Origin: Marsupella aquatica
Lineage: Eukaryota; Plantae; Marchantiophyta
Direction: 5' to 3'
NCBI GenBank assembly: GCA_973895155.1
Contig: OZ316897.1
Span: 19,719,224 to 19,783,223 of the forward strand
DNA length: 64,000 nucleotides
Shown: positions 10,921 through 23,814 of the stretch, in pieces
Layout of the letters: each line of letters opens with the position of its first letter
How positions within the stretch are numbered: position 1 is the stretch's first letter
Made by a program: the position numbers and the translations under genes
Notes under the pieces: generated by a model
Told to the model about the DNA's origin: nothing
Databases searched by the model: none
The model's input: the letters and a program-made list of their open reading frames with translations, nothing else

Positions 10921-13900
10921 CTTTCTGTTTGGGATACTTTTGCCCACGGCTCATTTCTTATTATACTCTGAATATATGTTCTAGAACCTCCTTTCTTCCT
11001 GTAACGTTCTCTTCTTCTCCTATTCTGGGATTGCCCCATCCCTTCAGTTCTATCATGGGCTAGTTCCGATCCTCATCTGATGTTTGTTCCTCCCATCACC
11101 ATACGGCACAGTACATCCCTCGTTCCATTTATCTCCTTGCTGCTCTCTTCCTCCCCCACAAGTACCAATGGTTGGTGGGTCTTTCCCTTGCTGTCCCTTA
11201 TGGGTTCTTCTCGTTGCTCTTTGGGAGTCTCTCATCCGGCGCTCGCCATTGGAGAAGGTAGCTAGCTTGGTTCTCACCTTTTGGAGACATATTCCTCTGT
11301 CCCGCCATCTGGCTTTTTTGCCCCCCCCACCTTCCTTGGCTCCTGGTTCACAATGGCTGGCGGCCAGTACGTATTGACATTTTTTTACCACCGCACTCTC
11401 AGAATTAGATTCTCATCGGACTATTCGAGTCTGGTTTCATATTTATCTCTTTACAGAAGCACAGCCTTTTTTCCGCCGCAAATGTAGCAATCAGATAGAC
11501 TTAGACAAAGACAGATAGGTAGGCTACTCATGGAACTTCATTGTTGGATAGGTAGGATCTGTTGGCTCTCCGCTAACAATTCTAGTGATAGCAGTCATTT
11601 GTCCCGTCCCATTCCCAGGATTCTCGGATACCTAGGGGAGCCTCTCTCATGGTAATCGGCTGGATTCTAACCTTGGCCCTGTAGGTGTGTCCCCTGCTCT
11701 CTCTGTCTCCACTGGGCTGGCTGCTGGCTGATACATATGGTGCTCATGATTGGCGAGTGGGAGGTTTAAATGCCAAAGTTAAAGTAGCTAATTGGCATCT
11801 GGACTGGTTGCCTAATTATCTCTTTCTCCGTCGCATCAGCTCGGGCTGCTTTCCTTGGGAGGTGTTCTACACTCAAGTTCTAGGATCATAAATTTGTATA
11901 AAAATGACAATCAGGCACGATGGAATCTTTGGTCTGCTAGTTTCTGCCCCGGGCTATGCATCGGGATCTCAAGGCATAACCTCGGGTACCAGCGCCGGAC
12001 ATAGCCAGGGCACAACACGGTGAAATCATCAAGGCTCTCTTCTTGGTGATCCAGGGAATGACCGGAGATAGAGGTGGACTCTCGTATGGAGGGCGTGGTG
12101 ATCTCAGGGAGTGGTCTGGCCTCGATGCAGCTGGGGATGTGGTGGTTGGCTATTGCCATTGATGGCAGCCGAGATGGCAGCCCAGGACAGATGGAGTTCA
12201 GCGGGGGGGCTCTTGGGGCTTTGGTGGTTCTGGCTAGGTTGGCTGTTTTGGTTGCTCCTTTTCATATTCAGATCTTGGTTGGCTCGGCTTTTTTTGGCTT
12301 TCTGGGTCCCTCCTCTCCTCTATGGCCCGCCTCCTCCCCTTAGGTGGCCGGTTTGGGGTGGTCTCGCCTTCGTTTCTCTGGGTGTGCTCCCTCTTTCAGC
12401 AACCCTTATTTGTTCCTTGTTCCTTTCTCCTGTCTCCTCCCCTCAGGCGGGTTTGTTCTCAATAAAGTGCGCTCGTTTAAATTTAAAATTTATTAAAAAA
12501 ATTAAAAAAGTTGAAAATACTCGGATAGCTGTCAGTAATGCGAGGTAAAGCACAAACTGGCCCCTAGATGTGAACCAAGAGTCTGAAGCTGACATGACTA
12601 AAAGACAAAACTGCCAAACATGTTCCATGATATATGAATATTCTATTTTGATCATGCACGTTGAGGCTCAATTCTGCCAAGTTCCTCCAAATCTGGGAGA
12701 CTATAACTGGGAATATTATCCATAGGATTAGTTATAATTGGCTTACTTACTTGTCAACTAATTGTAAAAATAAACCCAAAAGGCACCCTTACATTAAATG
12801 GTTCTCACGTCTTACTCAAGGAGTGACCTGCTACTTTCTCATGCATGTACACATGTGGTTAGGTAGCCGATTTATAGAAATATAGTGGGATCAACTCTAC
12901 ATACTAAATTAATTTACTAAATTTTGTGCTAGATTTAATGAAATTAATGACCAGCCATTATAGTATGGCCCAAATTTAGCCTCAGATTTTGGTATCATAT
13001 ATTCTATAGTAGTCGGAGTCTAATTTAAGTCCTAGACAGATTGATTTTATGGGAAAACTTGTTCTTTTGCTGCTTTGCTCACGGCAGCAGCAACTTTCAG
13101 CCTTTGGGATCATGAATGTATCCTTGTTCTGGCGTTGCTGTCGTTTTGGCAGTGCTTTCTAATTTCAGCTTGATCAGATAAAAATTTGGAAGGTATAAAG
13201 GCCTAATTATGTTCATTGGTCTGCCTGCTTTAGCGTCTTTCCTTCTACAACGAAGACAATACTCCAGCTTTTAAACTTAAAGGTATTGTCTCACTTTGTT
13301 ACTGTACACAAATCATTCCTCCAGTAAATCTGTGTCAACCTACTCTAGCTGAAGACACATAAGTCTATCTATATGCCCTCAAAAGCAATGTCCAAGTGTT
13401 GCTTTCTCTACAGAAGAATGTCGATCTAGTTAATTAGTGGGTACGTAGCTAGCTGGGCTGTAGAGGTCCTAGCTTACTATAGCTACTGCAAGTTGGCCAG
13501 GTGTGCAGCCTCATGATCAATCCAGATGGGGATCCAGCCCATTGGCGAGTTTGAGGGATAATATGTGAAGATATCAGACTGCTTTAATTTCTATATTATC
13601 CCGGAAGTCCTAACGCAGATCAATTCTTCATTGTGGACTCACATGATCGATAAGTGTGGTGACTCTTGATGATAGAAGATTTGGACATCCATAACATTTT
13701 CAGATTATCATGTTGGAGAGTAAGCCAGGTATGATTACAATGACCAAATTATCCCAGACACTCATTCTCTTAAAGCCTAACTCAATCAGATCGACCAACT
13801 CAGGACCATATATACTAATACTGAATATTTCCTGGGAAATCTAATACTCAATCCTTAAACTTGAAAATTTTCTTTAAAAAAGTTCAGCTTAAGAAAGTAA

Positions 13901-15652
13901 CATCTAAATTAGTTTGGTAGATTCGCCTTTCAGTTGAATTGTATCTTCAAGCACAAAAACTTGTTCTAATTAACTCAATTAATTGTACAACTGCTAGCTA
14001 TTGCGCTGAGTCTCCATTCTAATTTTTCCTGTCCATAATGTCTATAAATTAACCTGTTTTGCAAATTAAAAATAATAATTTAAAAAGACTTTGTCGTATA
14101 TAGCTTGTGTAAGTCATCACCCCCTAAAATTAGTTTGGGTGTATTGATAATTCTATATTTGAACTGATTGACATGAACCTTTTCAGTTACTTTAGTTTAA
14201 TACTACGTGCTAACCTTGTTTATAGCTTGACTAATCGAACATGACCCATCTGGAATAAGTTTGTCTTGAAGATCTAAATGATTGCTCTTAAGTAAATTGT
14301 CTCATATTTATCTTTGGCTCCCATGGATCTGTTTAGGATGGGACATACAAGGTTTGTTTTGGTCTTTACTTGAAATCTTATTCATAATGAAATAAATAAA
14401 AATCACTCAATTTAGAAAAGAAAAGTGCAACTTGTAACGGCCCACAACTAGTAGGTCAATACACAAAATGGAAGGGAGCCATAGGTGACAAAAGACCATC
14501 ATAGGGAATAATAGGAGTTATGGTGCTAATATACATTCTCACCTACCTGCAGGGACGCGCCAGCATGCTCCAGCAGTACCAGCCAACAAGACTACGTTCC
14601 GCCATCCATTGGCCACCCAGAGTAACTTGCATGTAGTAGACTGCTTTAATGTATGAATAAAAGACATCACGCAGCCACTCCTGTCGAGGTTGATGTCAGA
14701 ATTTGATTCTTTCCTACTTCCCTTGCATCATTTATGTGCAGTTATTGATCAGTTGATGATTTGGATTTTCTGGCAGTTTATTGAGCTACTCAATTGCATT
14801 TTTAATTATGATATGTATTCCAAGGGCATCAATTATGCCTAGGAGCACTAAGGTACGTGCATTATGTGCTAAACAATAAGGAATAACCATCGTAGCTTCA
14901 GTTGGTATTCTCATGATTTACTAGCCTTGCAATACTAGTGCCAGAATGATGTTCAGTTTGTGCAAAGCCTATACATTCCTGTTTATTGTAGCTTGTAAGT
15001 ACGTATTGTATAGTGTCCTGTTTGTTGCACACTGCTTTTGCTCGTAAATTGTGTCATTGTATGGTCAGAATTGTGTCAAAAATTGTGTCATTACAAGTGG
15101 TCAGAATTGTGTCGTAAAATATACTTATGTTGGTCATCGTATACTATCGTGCAGAAAGGCTATTGATCTATTGTTGCCACTCTCAGCCTAGCTATCCTTC
15201 GTAAGCATATTGAATTTTTTTGGAAATTATGTTCATTTTTTTGCTAAGTCTCGTCAATATATGTTTGCATGTTGAATCTCCTTTGTGCTCTCGTGAGTAG
15301 ATTCTAGTAAATTAATGTCAACATGCTCTTGTGCTAACTTGATATTTATGGGTGCTTGTGTGCAGAAACTTACCATGAAGACCATACTAGCTAATTAGCT
15401 TGCTGCAGGAATATTGAGCTACACGAACATACTTCCAAAGATAAGGTGGAGGAAGGTGAGGATGATATCAAGGCACAAGCTTGCAGTCTTGGTAAGCCAC
15501 AGAAATCATTCCTCAGTGTTTTACAAATAGTCCTCCTGAACTTGAATTGGTTGGATCCACCTGCTGCTCCTCATTGTTTTCGGCCACCTCCTCTTGCTCC
15601 TTGGTTGGCTCCATCTTTCCCTCCTCTTCCTTCTCTGTAATAACATTCACCT

Positions 15653-16168
15653 CTTCTTTGGTTGGATCTAAGTCCTTGTTCCTTGCTGAGAGTTATTCCG
15701 CAGATTTAGTGACCATTCCTTAATTCTATCTCAAAATGGGTCCACATCTTTGCATCTCCCTGAAAGTCGCCAATGATCCGCCTCTTTGGTTGGATCCAAG
15801 TCCTTGTTCCTTGCGCTGAGAGTTCGTCCGCAGATTTAGTGACCATTCCTTAATTCTATCTCAAAATGGGTCCACATCTTTGCATCTCCCTGAAAGTCGC
15901 CAATGATCCGCCTCTTTGGTTGGATCCAAGTCCTTGTTCCTTGCGCTGAGAGTTTGTCCGCAGATTTAGTGACCATTCCTTAATTCTATCTCAAAATGGG
16001 TCCACAGCTTGGCATCTCCCTAAAAGTCGCCAATGATCCTCCTCTTTGGTTGGATCCAAGTCCTTGTTCCTTGCTGAGAGTTAGTCCGCAGATTTAGTGT
16101 CCATTCCTTAATTCTATCTCAAAATGAGTCCACAGCTTTGCATCTCCCTGAATTAAAATTGCCAATGA
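15653..16168. repeat. Tandem repeat, ~4 copies of a 128-130-bp unit
   Basis: CCTCTTTGGTTGGATCCAAGTCCTTGTTCC... recurs at ~15653, 15781, 15911 and 16041. Confidence 0.95.
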
Positions 16169-16801
16169 TACATGACGAGTTAAGGCGCTCAGGGCAAAGC
16201 CCGTAGTTTCCCAGCGCTTGGTTATCAGCAAATTTGTACGATATGTCCAACCTCCATGACATAAGTTAGTACCTGTCCAACTTTTTGCTCGCAAGGATTG
16301 CAGCCCACAAAATGGGTCATGAGTGGCCTCCTCATCTGCACGCATTCTATATTCATCGTTGAATAGCCTGCTCCAGTAGTGCCATTCCCCACTCAGCACA
16401 ATATTAGTCTCGAAGTACACTTTAGATGCCCACCTCTCCGTTAAGAGCAAATAGACCAAGCTAGACTAGTGGTCTGTGAGCTCCATTGATGGCCTATCAA
16501 GAAAAGTGTGCAAAAAGTCTCTTGTGAGATTTGCTGACGCAGCCCATCTGTCCGAAAGGTCTAATGACCACTGACAATTTTGTATGAACATGTCTCCGGT
16601 GCTGATCCCATTGTATTTCTTTAGGTCGAACACTTCATGCTCGTTCACCCGGCCCATAGCACAAGGTTGTAGCCACTGATCGACATTGTACATGCGGACC
16701 AGAGAAAATATATAATTTAGCTCACTTGCACGATTGCCCGCACATCGCACTTCGTGAATGGGTCTACACACTATGCTGAAAATGAAGACCTTGTCCGTCA
16801 T
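16094..16801 (-). pseudogene. Orphan reading frame (~235 codons) with one in-frame TAG; product unknown
   Basis: ORFs 16466-16801 and 16094-16459 share a frame and are separated by one TAG. ATG start. The 3' end runs into the tandem repeat. Confidence 0.4.
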
Positions 16802-17113
16802 TTTTGTTTATTTTGTTGTGCTCACACATCCGCCATCCTGGAGCTGGATAAGGCAAATTTAAATGACGCACTAGAGAGTCAATGTTGAGATATAGCAGTG
16901 TTAAAAACATAATTTTACCTTTCTACTGGGATTTTAGAATCCATACTTGTGAACACAGCATCGCTATCGGTCCACAAAATCCACTCCACATCTGGGCTGT
17001 TTATATATATCATCATCACTTTAAGAATTGGAAGCTTCGCAAACCAATCTTAGTTCTGATATGTTCATAAAACACGAACGGCCGTCATTGCGTGAAATGC
17101 TAGCTGTGAACTG

Positions 17114-17325
17114 TCTGATCTGCGTTGCTCTTGTCAGCATTACTCTGATGTAATTGGATTGCTCTGTGCTAATGAATCCGCTCTGGTCTACATTGCTCTT
17201 GTCAGCATTACTCTGACGTAATTGGATTGCTCTGTGCTAGTGAATCCGCTCTGATCTGTGTTGCTCTCCTCGGCATTACTTTGACACATAATTGGATTGC
17301 TCTGTGCTAGTGAATCAGCTTTGTG
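17114..17325. repeat. Tandem repeat, ~3 copies of ~68 bp
   Basis: TTGCTCTTGTCAGCATTACTCTGA..TAATTGGATTGCTCTGTGCTAGTGAATCCGCT recurs three times. Confidence 0.9.
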
Positions 17326-17339
17326 CTTATGGCCAGATA

Positions 17340-18630
17340 TATTGCTTTGTGCTAATGATATATCATGCTGAAAATGTCAATTTATATATGGTTACGGTCA
17401 CTCTTGCTTTAGTCTATGGTTGATCATAAACATATCGAATGTTCCGAAATCTTCTTTTTCAGAAATTTATTGATCAATATACGTGTTCAATGTCAATATA
17501 TCTTGTTTGACTCTGCTCTACTGGATGTCTTGGTCTGGTAACATTCCAAATCAGAGTCTCATCTGCGAATCGTCAATCATAATTCTTAACAGGACAATTA
17601 TAAAATGAATAGGTTGAGCTAGGAAACACGAGAAAAGCGAAATAAATGGAGATGGGTTGATCAGCTAACAAGTTATCTCTGCAGTGTGCAATCGATTAAT
17701 TTTGACATGTTTATGCATGTCAGACATGGGCTTATGTGTAAAATGCTGGCTAAGTTTGGCCTTTACTTACGATGTCATGCGGGGTGCTTGCTTTGACGGA
17801 CTGGACTCCGAATGCAGTTGAGCGAGCTCGATATAGCTCCATCAATGGAGCCTCTATGATGGAGTCCAAATTCAAGGTAAACCACACCATTGAGCTGAGA
17901 ACACCTAATTGATCACTCCTTAGATCGAAGGTCCCACAAAAGGCTAGCTAGTACCATAGTCAGCTGGACTTGCGAATTGCATGCCTAGCTAATGATCATG
18001 AAAATGACAAACAAGGCTTCTCTATTGTCTGCGGGAATCTAAGGACATTTTATCCAGCTAATGATCAGAAGAGATTTTTGGAGAGAACCAGACAAGACGA
18101 GCTTTGTGATTGTAAACCGAGGTTGGACGAGCCGTGAAAGTGCAGCAATTCAAATTAAGTACGGACTTTTTGTTTGCAGTGGACAACTGCTTGTTTGAAT
18201 TGAGTTTTAGCTCGTACGTAGCTAGTGTCAGATTAGACAGTTTCAACTTAGTGAAGTAGTCCAGGCTAGGCTATACTATAATTAACTCGGTCCTAGTGAA
18301 TGACATATATACAATTGCGAGTGTTTGACCTATGTTGTAACTCACAGCTAAGTGAACTTAAGTTTGATCTGGTCAGCCAGGTAGCCCATAGACTGATGCT
18401 TCTCACTGAGTATTTGAAAACCAAAAAATGAGTTTGCTTTGTGCTAATGATATATTGATTTGTGCTAATGATGTATCATGCTGAAAATGTCAATTTATAT
18501 ATGGTTACCACTCTGGTTTTAGTCTATGGTCAATCGCAAACATATTGAATGTTCCGAAATCTTCTTTTTCAGAAATTCAATGTCAATATATCTTGTTTGA
18601 CTCTGCGCTGCTGGATGTCTTGCTCTGGTT
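17340..18630 (+). repeat. Direct duplication of ~190 bp (~17340-17535 vs ~18455-18628)
   Basis: Shared TTTGTGCTAATGAT.TATCATGCTGAAAATGTCAATTTATATATGGTTAC...GTTCCGAAATCTTCTTTTTCAGAAATT...TCTTGTTTGACTCTGC. Confidence 0.85.
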
Positions 18631-19105
18631 GATATTCCCGCAAATTTGTGTTAACATTTATATCATGTTAACTGAATATATATGGGTGCTTGTGTACAGA
18701 TCAAACCATGAAGATCGATTATGCTCGAAACCATGTCAGACAGTGGACTTAATGTAGCCAATGACTAGTTATAGCTAACTTGTTGCACAAGTAGAAGCTT
18801 ATGGTTGATGTCTATAAAGCACGCAAAGAAGGCTTCTTACCTGAAGTCTTTTTTAGAAATTGATATTTTTCCCACCTATGATTATGCCCAGTATGCCTAG
18901 GGACTTTACTCAATCAAGACCTAGCTCAAACTTTTTGGTAGTCTATGTACCTGTCCAAACATCTGATCCAGGTGTCAACTCCATCTCAGAAATAACTCCA
19001 ATATTTCTGTGATTATCTCTGATAATCGAGGGCCTATTGGTTAGCTGGTATCTTACTTAGGTTCTTGCAACCAACTAATGATCGAGGCTGTTAAGTTTAA
19101 ATGAA

Positions 19106-22100
19106 ATGTCAACATCCATTTATCCCCCTAGCGATCCAAAAGTAGTGAGATGTGAGTGCAAATACCATTTTTCACGCCTCCCACAAGGATTTGATTTTGT
19201 GAGTGTGAGGTCAAGGCAATATCATGCAAAGAAAGATGAGCAGGGGGCTTTCATTGATGTTAGGCGCCTTTTTAACAGTGCTGGGTTTTGCGGAGAAGGC
19301 CAATCCTCTGGCCAATCACCTATTGTTGGCTCTGCACAACTCCATATGAATAGGTACCAGCGGTGGTCCCGTCACAGGAGTTATCTAGAAAGAGCATTTA
19401 TTGGCGCCCATGCAAATGCCCATGCTATACCTGAGACTGCAATCAGTCCAAGTGAGTCACCTCCTAGTGAATTCTTGGAATCAAGAGAGAGTGGTCACGT
19501 TGACACTAGTACTCCTCCTCTTTCAGAAGACCATGGCGATGACAATAGTACTCCCCTTGGAGAAGACCCTGCAGAATCTGCCCACTCTGCACAGCATGTT
19601 CCAGAAGAATTGTCGTTATCCCTCCATGATGCCATTCATCGAGAAACAATGAGACTAAACTCATTGCTTGATGAGGCCAAAGTTCCCTGAGTGGATTTGC
19701 AAGACAAAATTCTTAGATGTTTGTTTGAAGGAACTGATGGGTGTATTGTCAATGATGACTATAGAGGCATGAAAATAGGCCCTCTATTGAGACATGCAGG
19801 CCCTGTTTGGGATGCTGGACCCTTTGGCTTATCATCATTGGGAACCTTCAAAGGTTTGGAAGCTTCATATCAGACTATGGGGGCGCCACAACCAGAGCGG
19901 TGGCGAATGTGCCTTGGATCCAGTGGTAACCACCATGAAGCTGTTGTCTTTGGTCCAAGCAGACAAGAGGATTTGAATTTCTCAACTTCTCTTAAGTGCT
20001 CTTGCCAAGCAACAAGCAGCTCATGTGCACGGACTCTTCAAAGAGACTGTGAAACCTGTACAGAGCGTTGTACATCTCCTGGATGTGGTAAAAAAAGGAA
20101 GAATATGCTAAAGTTTGACTATATCCCCATAGCACCATTGATCTGCAAATTGTGTTTGTCACGAAGTGTTTGTCATGAGATTCTCACAATGTGGCGAGAT
20201 AAGAGCAAGTGGCTTCACAGTGGTAATCCTTCTCAAGATAATGTCATCAGGAAATGGTGGGATGGATCAGTAGCCAAAGAAAAATCTTGGTTTTGGGATC
20301 CAGCTCAAACATTTGAGCTTCCCGTTTTGTGTCGATCAAGTTATGCTGCCTACCAGACATATCCTCACAAATGCGACTTGCTGAGGGACAAAATGATCAT
20401 AGAAGATAGAGTTACTTTTTACGAGTTTGATTGTGCATGTGGAGCCCATATCAATACCCAACAAATTTATTCACGGGTAGGAATGTTACATATTCCAAAG
20501 ACTCGATTTGTTTGTTCAGTATGTTAGTTTTTTTCTTTTCACTGTTTTTTTTACATACACACTGGTTCTTAGCTTTAACCGAAGGTCAATTTGTTGTGCT
20601 TCCTCTAATTTTCTTTGGATTTCAATTTGTGATCAGGGTGATCCTCGAAATCTTGCATTGATGGCTCACTGGGATGGATTTCAGTCTGCAAGGTCCAGTT
20701 ATCGAAGCACTTGGACGGTGGAAATCAGTATACTCAACATGGGCATCAGATCGGAAATGGAGCCTATTCCTGTATTGTTTATACCACATAGTCAGACAGA
20801 GAAATTGATTAAGCAAAAGTTCAATAACTTAGATGCTTTCCTGGAGCCACTTATTAGAGACCTTCAAGAGCTATTTGTTGATGGGTTTGTTTGCCATTTT
20901 TTGTACCCAGTTGAGGCAATCCATCCCATGATCAGAACTGGTACATTCAGATGTAGATGTCAATTGTGCATATTCACCGGAGATCATCCTGCCCAATGTA
21001 AGTTTGGTGGGTTGTGTATCAAGGGCTATTCTGCATGTAGAAGGTGTTGTATGAAAGGGACTTGGAAAAAACATCCCAATTAATAGATCTACTCGAGGAC
21101 CAGGAGGCATGGTGGTCTATTGTGGCAATCATTATCTACTTCGACATCCACCAGCAAAAAGGGACTTAAGTGCTGCACAAAATGGTGCTGAGGACCTTGT
21201 GCGCTGCACATCCAGGGCCCAACAAGTCATCATCTCTCAAGAGTTTGGGCTTAGCAAGAAAACCAAGGCTTGGAGATTATATAACACTTTTAATTTCTGC
21301 TTGATAAATGATCTAGTTTATGACGTCATGCATGTGATGGCCCTTAATTTGTTCAAAACTTATGTTGAGAATCTGATGCAACAACTCTCATCATCAGAGA
21401 AAAAGATCTTGGAGGAGGCTTTGGCAGAAATAACTGCCAATAAGCCTAAATCTCTTGATGGGCGGTGGCCTACAGACCCTTCAAATAGGCTGGGCTTTTT
21501 CAAGGCTGAGGAATATGTAAGATTTGTAACATATTGTTTGCCTCACATAGTGCAGAGGCTAGGAATAGGAATTGACACAAGTCTAGGTTCCATTGGCATG
21601 CTGTTATGCGAGATTGGTAGACTCTTTTACATACAGAGTAGGGAAGAAGGGTGGCACAAATCAACCTTAGAGAAGGCACGGAATTTGCTGGCTTCCTGGC
21701 GAGTGAGGAGTGAAGAAGCCTTTGGCAGTAATGGTTCCATCTTGGAACACGTAGCAGGTGACTACATTCTATCATTCTTATAGATATCTGGTTCATGTAT
21801 GTTGCCAGTTTGTCTGAATACTTGGAATTAATCAACTTAGTTGGTACGTGAAAGTATGTTGGTTCACACATATAGATATAATTGCACTGAACAGGTTAGC
21901 TCTTTATTCATTTAATTTGTTGGTTAAATATATGTTGTGCTCACTGGCCTGTATTGCAATCCACTTGTCTTGCTCAACAATTAATCTTGGATGTTGCATT
22001 TCTTGTAGGCAGCGGGGAGCTAGTGGATGATATTGAACGTCATGGTCCACACTGGGGTTATTGGTGTTACAGGTTTGAAAGAATGGTCTCAGGCTATGGA

Positions 22101-23814
22101 AGGACAACCACAAACAACAAAGAGAAGGAGCATCGGACATACACTAGTCATCATGCTAGACTATTTTTCACTAAAATTTCAATTAGAACATGGGAAGATG
22201 ACGATGGCTTTTTGCCATATCAACGTGCATTGGTCACAGCACTGCACAATCATCTTTGGCCTACAAGAACCCACCAGGATGAGCATGCAGTGAGAGATAA
22301 GCATAGCTTGACATGCCCACAATGGCACGAGAGGTGCACTATTATAGCATCATCACAAGTGCAGGCTCTTCAAATTTGGAAGAATCTGAGCCTGTCACAT
22401 GTAAATTCCCATTGCAAAATTTCAATCTTGCATCGAGGAATTGGAGTTGGCATGGTCTCTAATCGAGTGAAGAAAGTACACGTATCTACTGATACATTAA
22501 ATTTCTTGGAGATGCATTGGGCTAAGTACAGTGTGTTAACAGACTACAACCTCGGGGGGTCACTTCCATGGAAGTGACACATCACGTGCAACGAAGTATA
22601 GGCCCATTTAAATGGGTGTGGCGGAAGACTTCCAAAGTTTGGTGGAAGAACACATAGGGCATGTTTTATTGATTGGTCGACTTTAAAGAACACATAGGCC
22701 TATTTAATTGCAAAAAATACTTTCTATAAAGTTTTTAGGGGTTTTTTAATAAAAAATGACAAAATTTTAAGAAAGAAAGGGCTTTGCAAAAAAATATTTT
22801 TCACTTTAAAGTTAGGGGGGTCAAACCCTAAAACGTCGCACGCGATGTATGACCCTCCATATAGTGACCCCCCCGAGACTACAACAAAGTGACGATGGAA
22901 AGGAAAGTGACCCCAATAAAATCTGTTGTAGTGAGGGGAGTACTTTTTAGAACTGGGGACCACGTAGTAGTGCTAACTGATGAAGAAGATGACCCAGGCT
23001 ATTGTTGGAACTGGAGGGCAGTCATTAGTAAATTCTTCCTTCATGAGTTCATGGGCTGTCAGGATATTGTTTTTGAAGGATGTTGGTTTGGTATAAAGAG
23101 AACCACCGAAAATCCACCAAGGATGGTAACAGATAGTCATTATGGTATGCCTGTGTTGCTAGCAACTCCTGAGTCTTACCAGGACAACAATTGTCGGCCA
23201 GTGGCTAGGTTACTGCACAAGTTTTTGCCAGTTCCACATACCTGTGTGGGTACCAATGGCAGGCATTCGGCTGAGATAGTGTGTCTGGAACTCTCAGACC
23301 GAACAGAACATCATCATATAGAAGAGAAATTTCTCCATATTTGTCCAACTTATCCACATACAAATGACCTCTTGTTCATGTTAGATCTACTTCAGGTTTC
23401 AGGCTTGCTGTTGTTAGACAAGTGGACATTTCATCAGATACAGAAGAAGATGTGCCAATGGTAGACCTGGATGATGACGATGGAGATGTACATACCCGTG
23501 TAGGTAGCAATGGAATGGAATCCATGGAGGACATACCGCACAATTTAGAGTCTGAGCCCGGGTTTCCGCCATCAGCTGATTCTTCAAGACCATCACAAGA
23601 ATTCAGTGATTTTAATGTTCACATCAGTTGGGTAAACAAGATCCATTCTTCCCGGCACTCAGGCGGGTCCACAAGGTCAACTGAGGAGTGGAGAGCAATG
23701 GAACAAGTCTCTGCCCGGGTACCTATTGCTGACATTGAAGGGTTACAAGATGGATTAGAAGCCATTCTGTATTCACGAGGAGGCATTCCAATAAGATGGT
23801 CTTCTCGAAATTGA
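19106..23814 (+). pseudogene. CACTA/EnSpm (CMC) TNP2-type DDE transposase, intron-containing, decayed
   Basis: Motifs DPRNLALMAHWDGFQ, LDAFLEPLIRDLQELF, FTGDHPA..GYSACRRC, YDVMH and RHGPHWGYWCYRFER. GT-AG introns 20477-20636 and 21758-22008 keep the frame. Lesions: TGA at 19688, frameshift ~21078, MITE 22551-22877, probable frameshift ~23400. Confidence 0.85.
22551..22877. mobile_element. MITE (327 bp) with CTCG(G)nTCACT TIRs and 8-bp TSD
   Basis: TSD ACTACAAC (22543-22550, 22878-22885). Removal restores the transposase frame. Confidence 0.92.

Larger units (their letters stand above)
1..12509 (+). mobile_element. L1-clade LINE retrotransposon (5' end outside window), disrupted by two nested LTR-like insertions
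   Basis: ORF1 with CCHC knuckle, then ORF2 with EN, RT and zf-RVT. AATAAA at ~12461 is followed by an A-rich tail ending ~12509. The 3' limit is less certain than the coding part. Confidence 0.85.

Noticed and set aside
11053-12655. Short ORFs in the LINE 3' region, and antisense/overlapping ORFs across the window
   Set aside because: Low-complexity or shadow frames of real genes and TEs.
15653-17325. Tandem arrays as CRISPR-like loci
   Set aside because: There are no unique spacers, and the context is eukaryotic.
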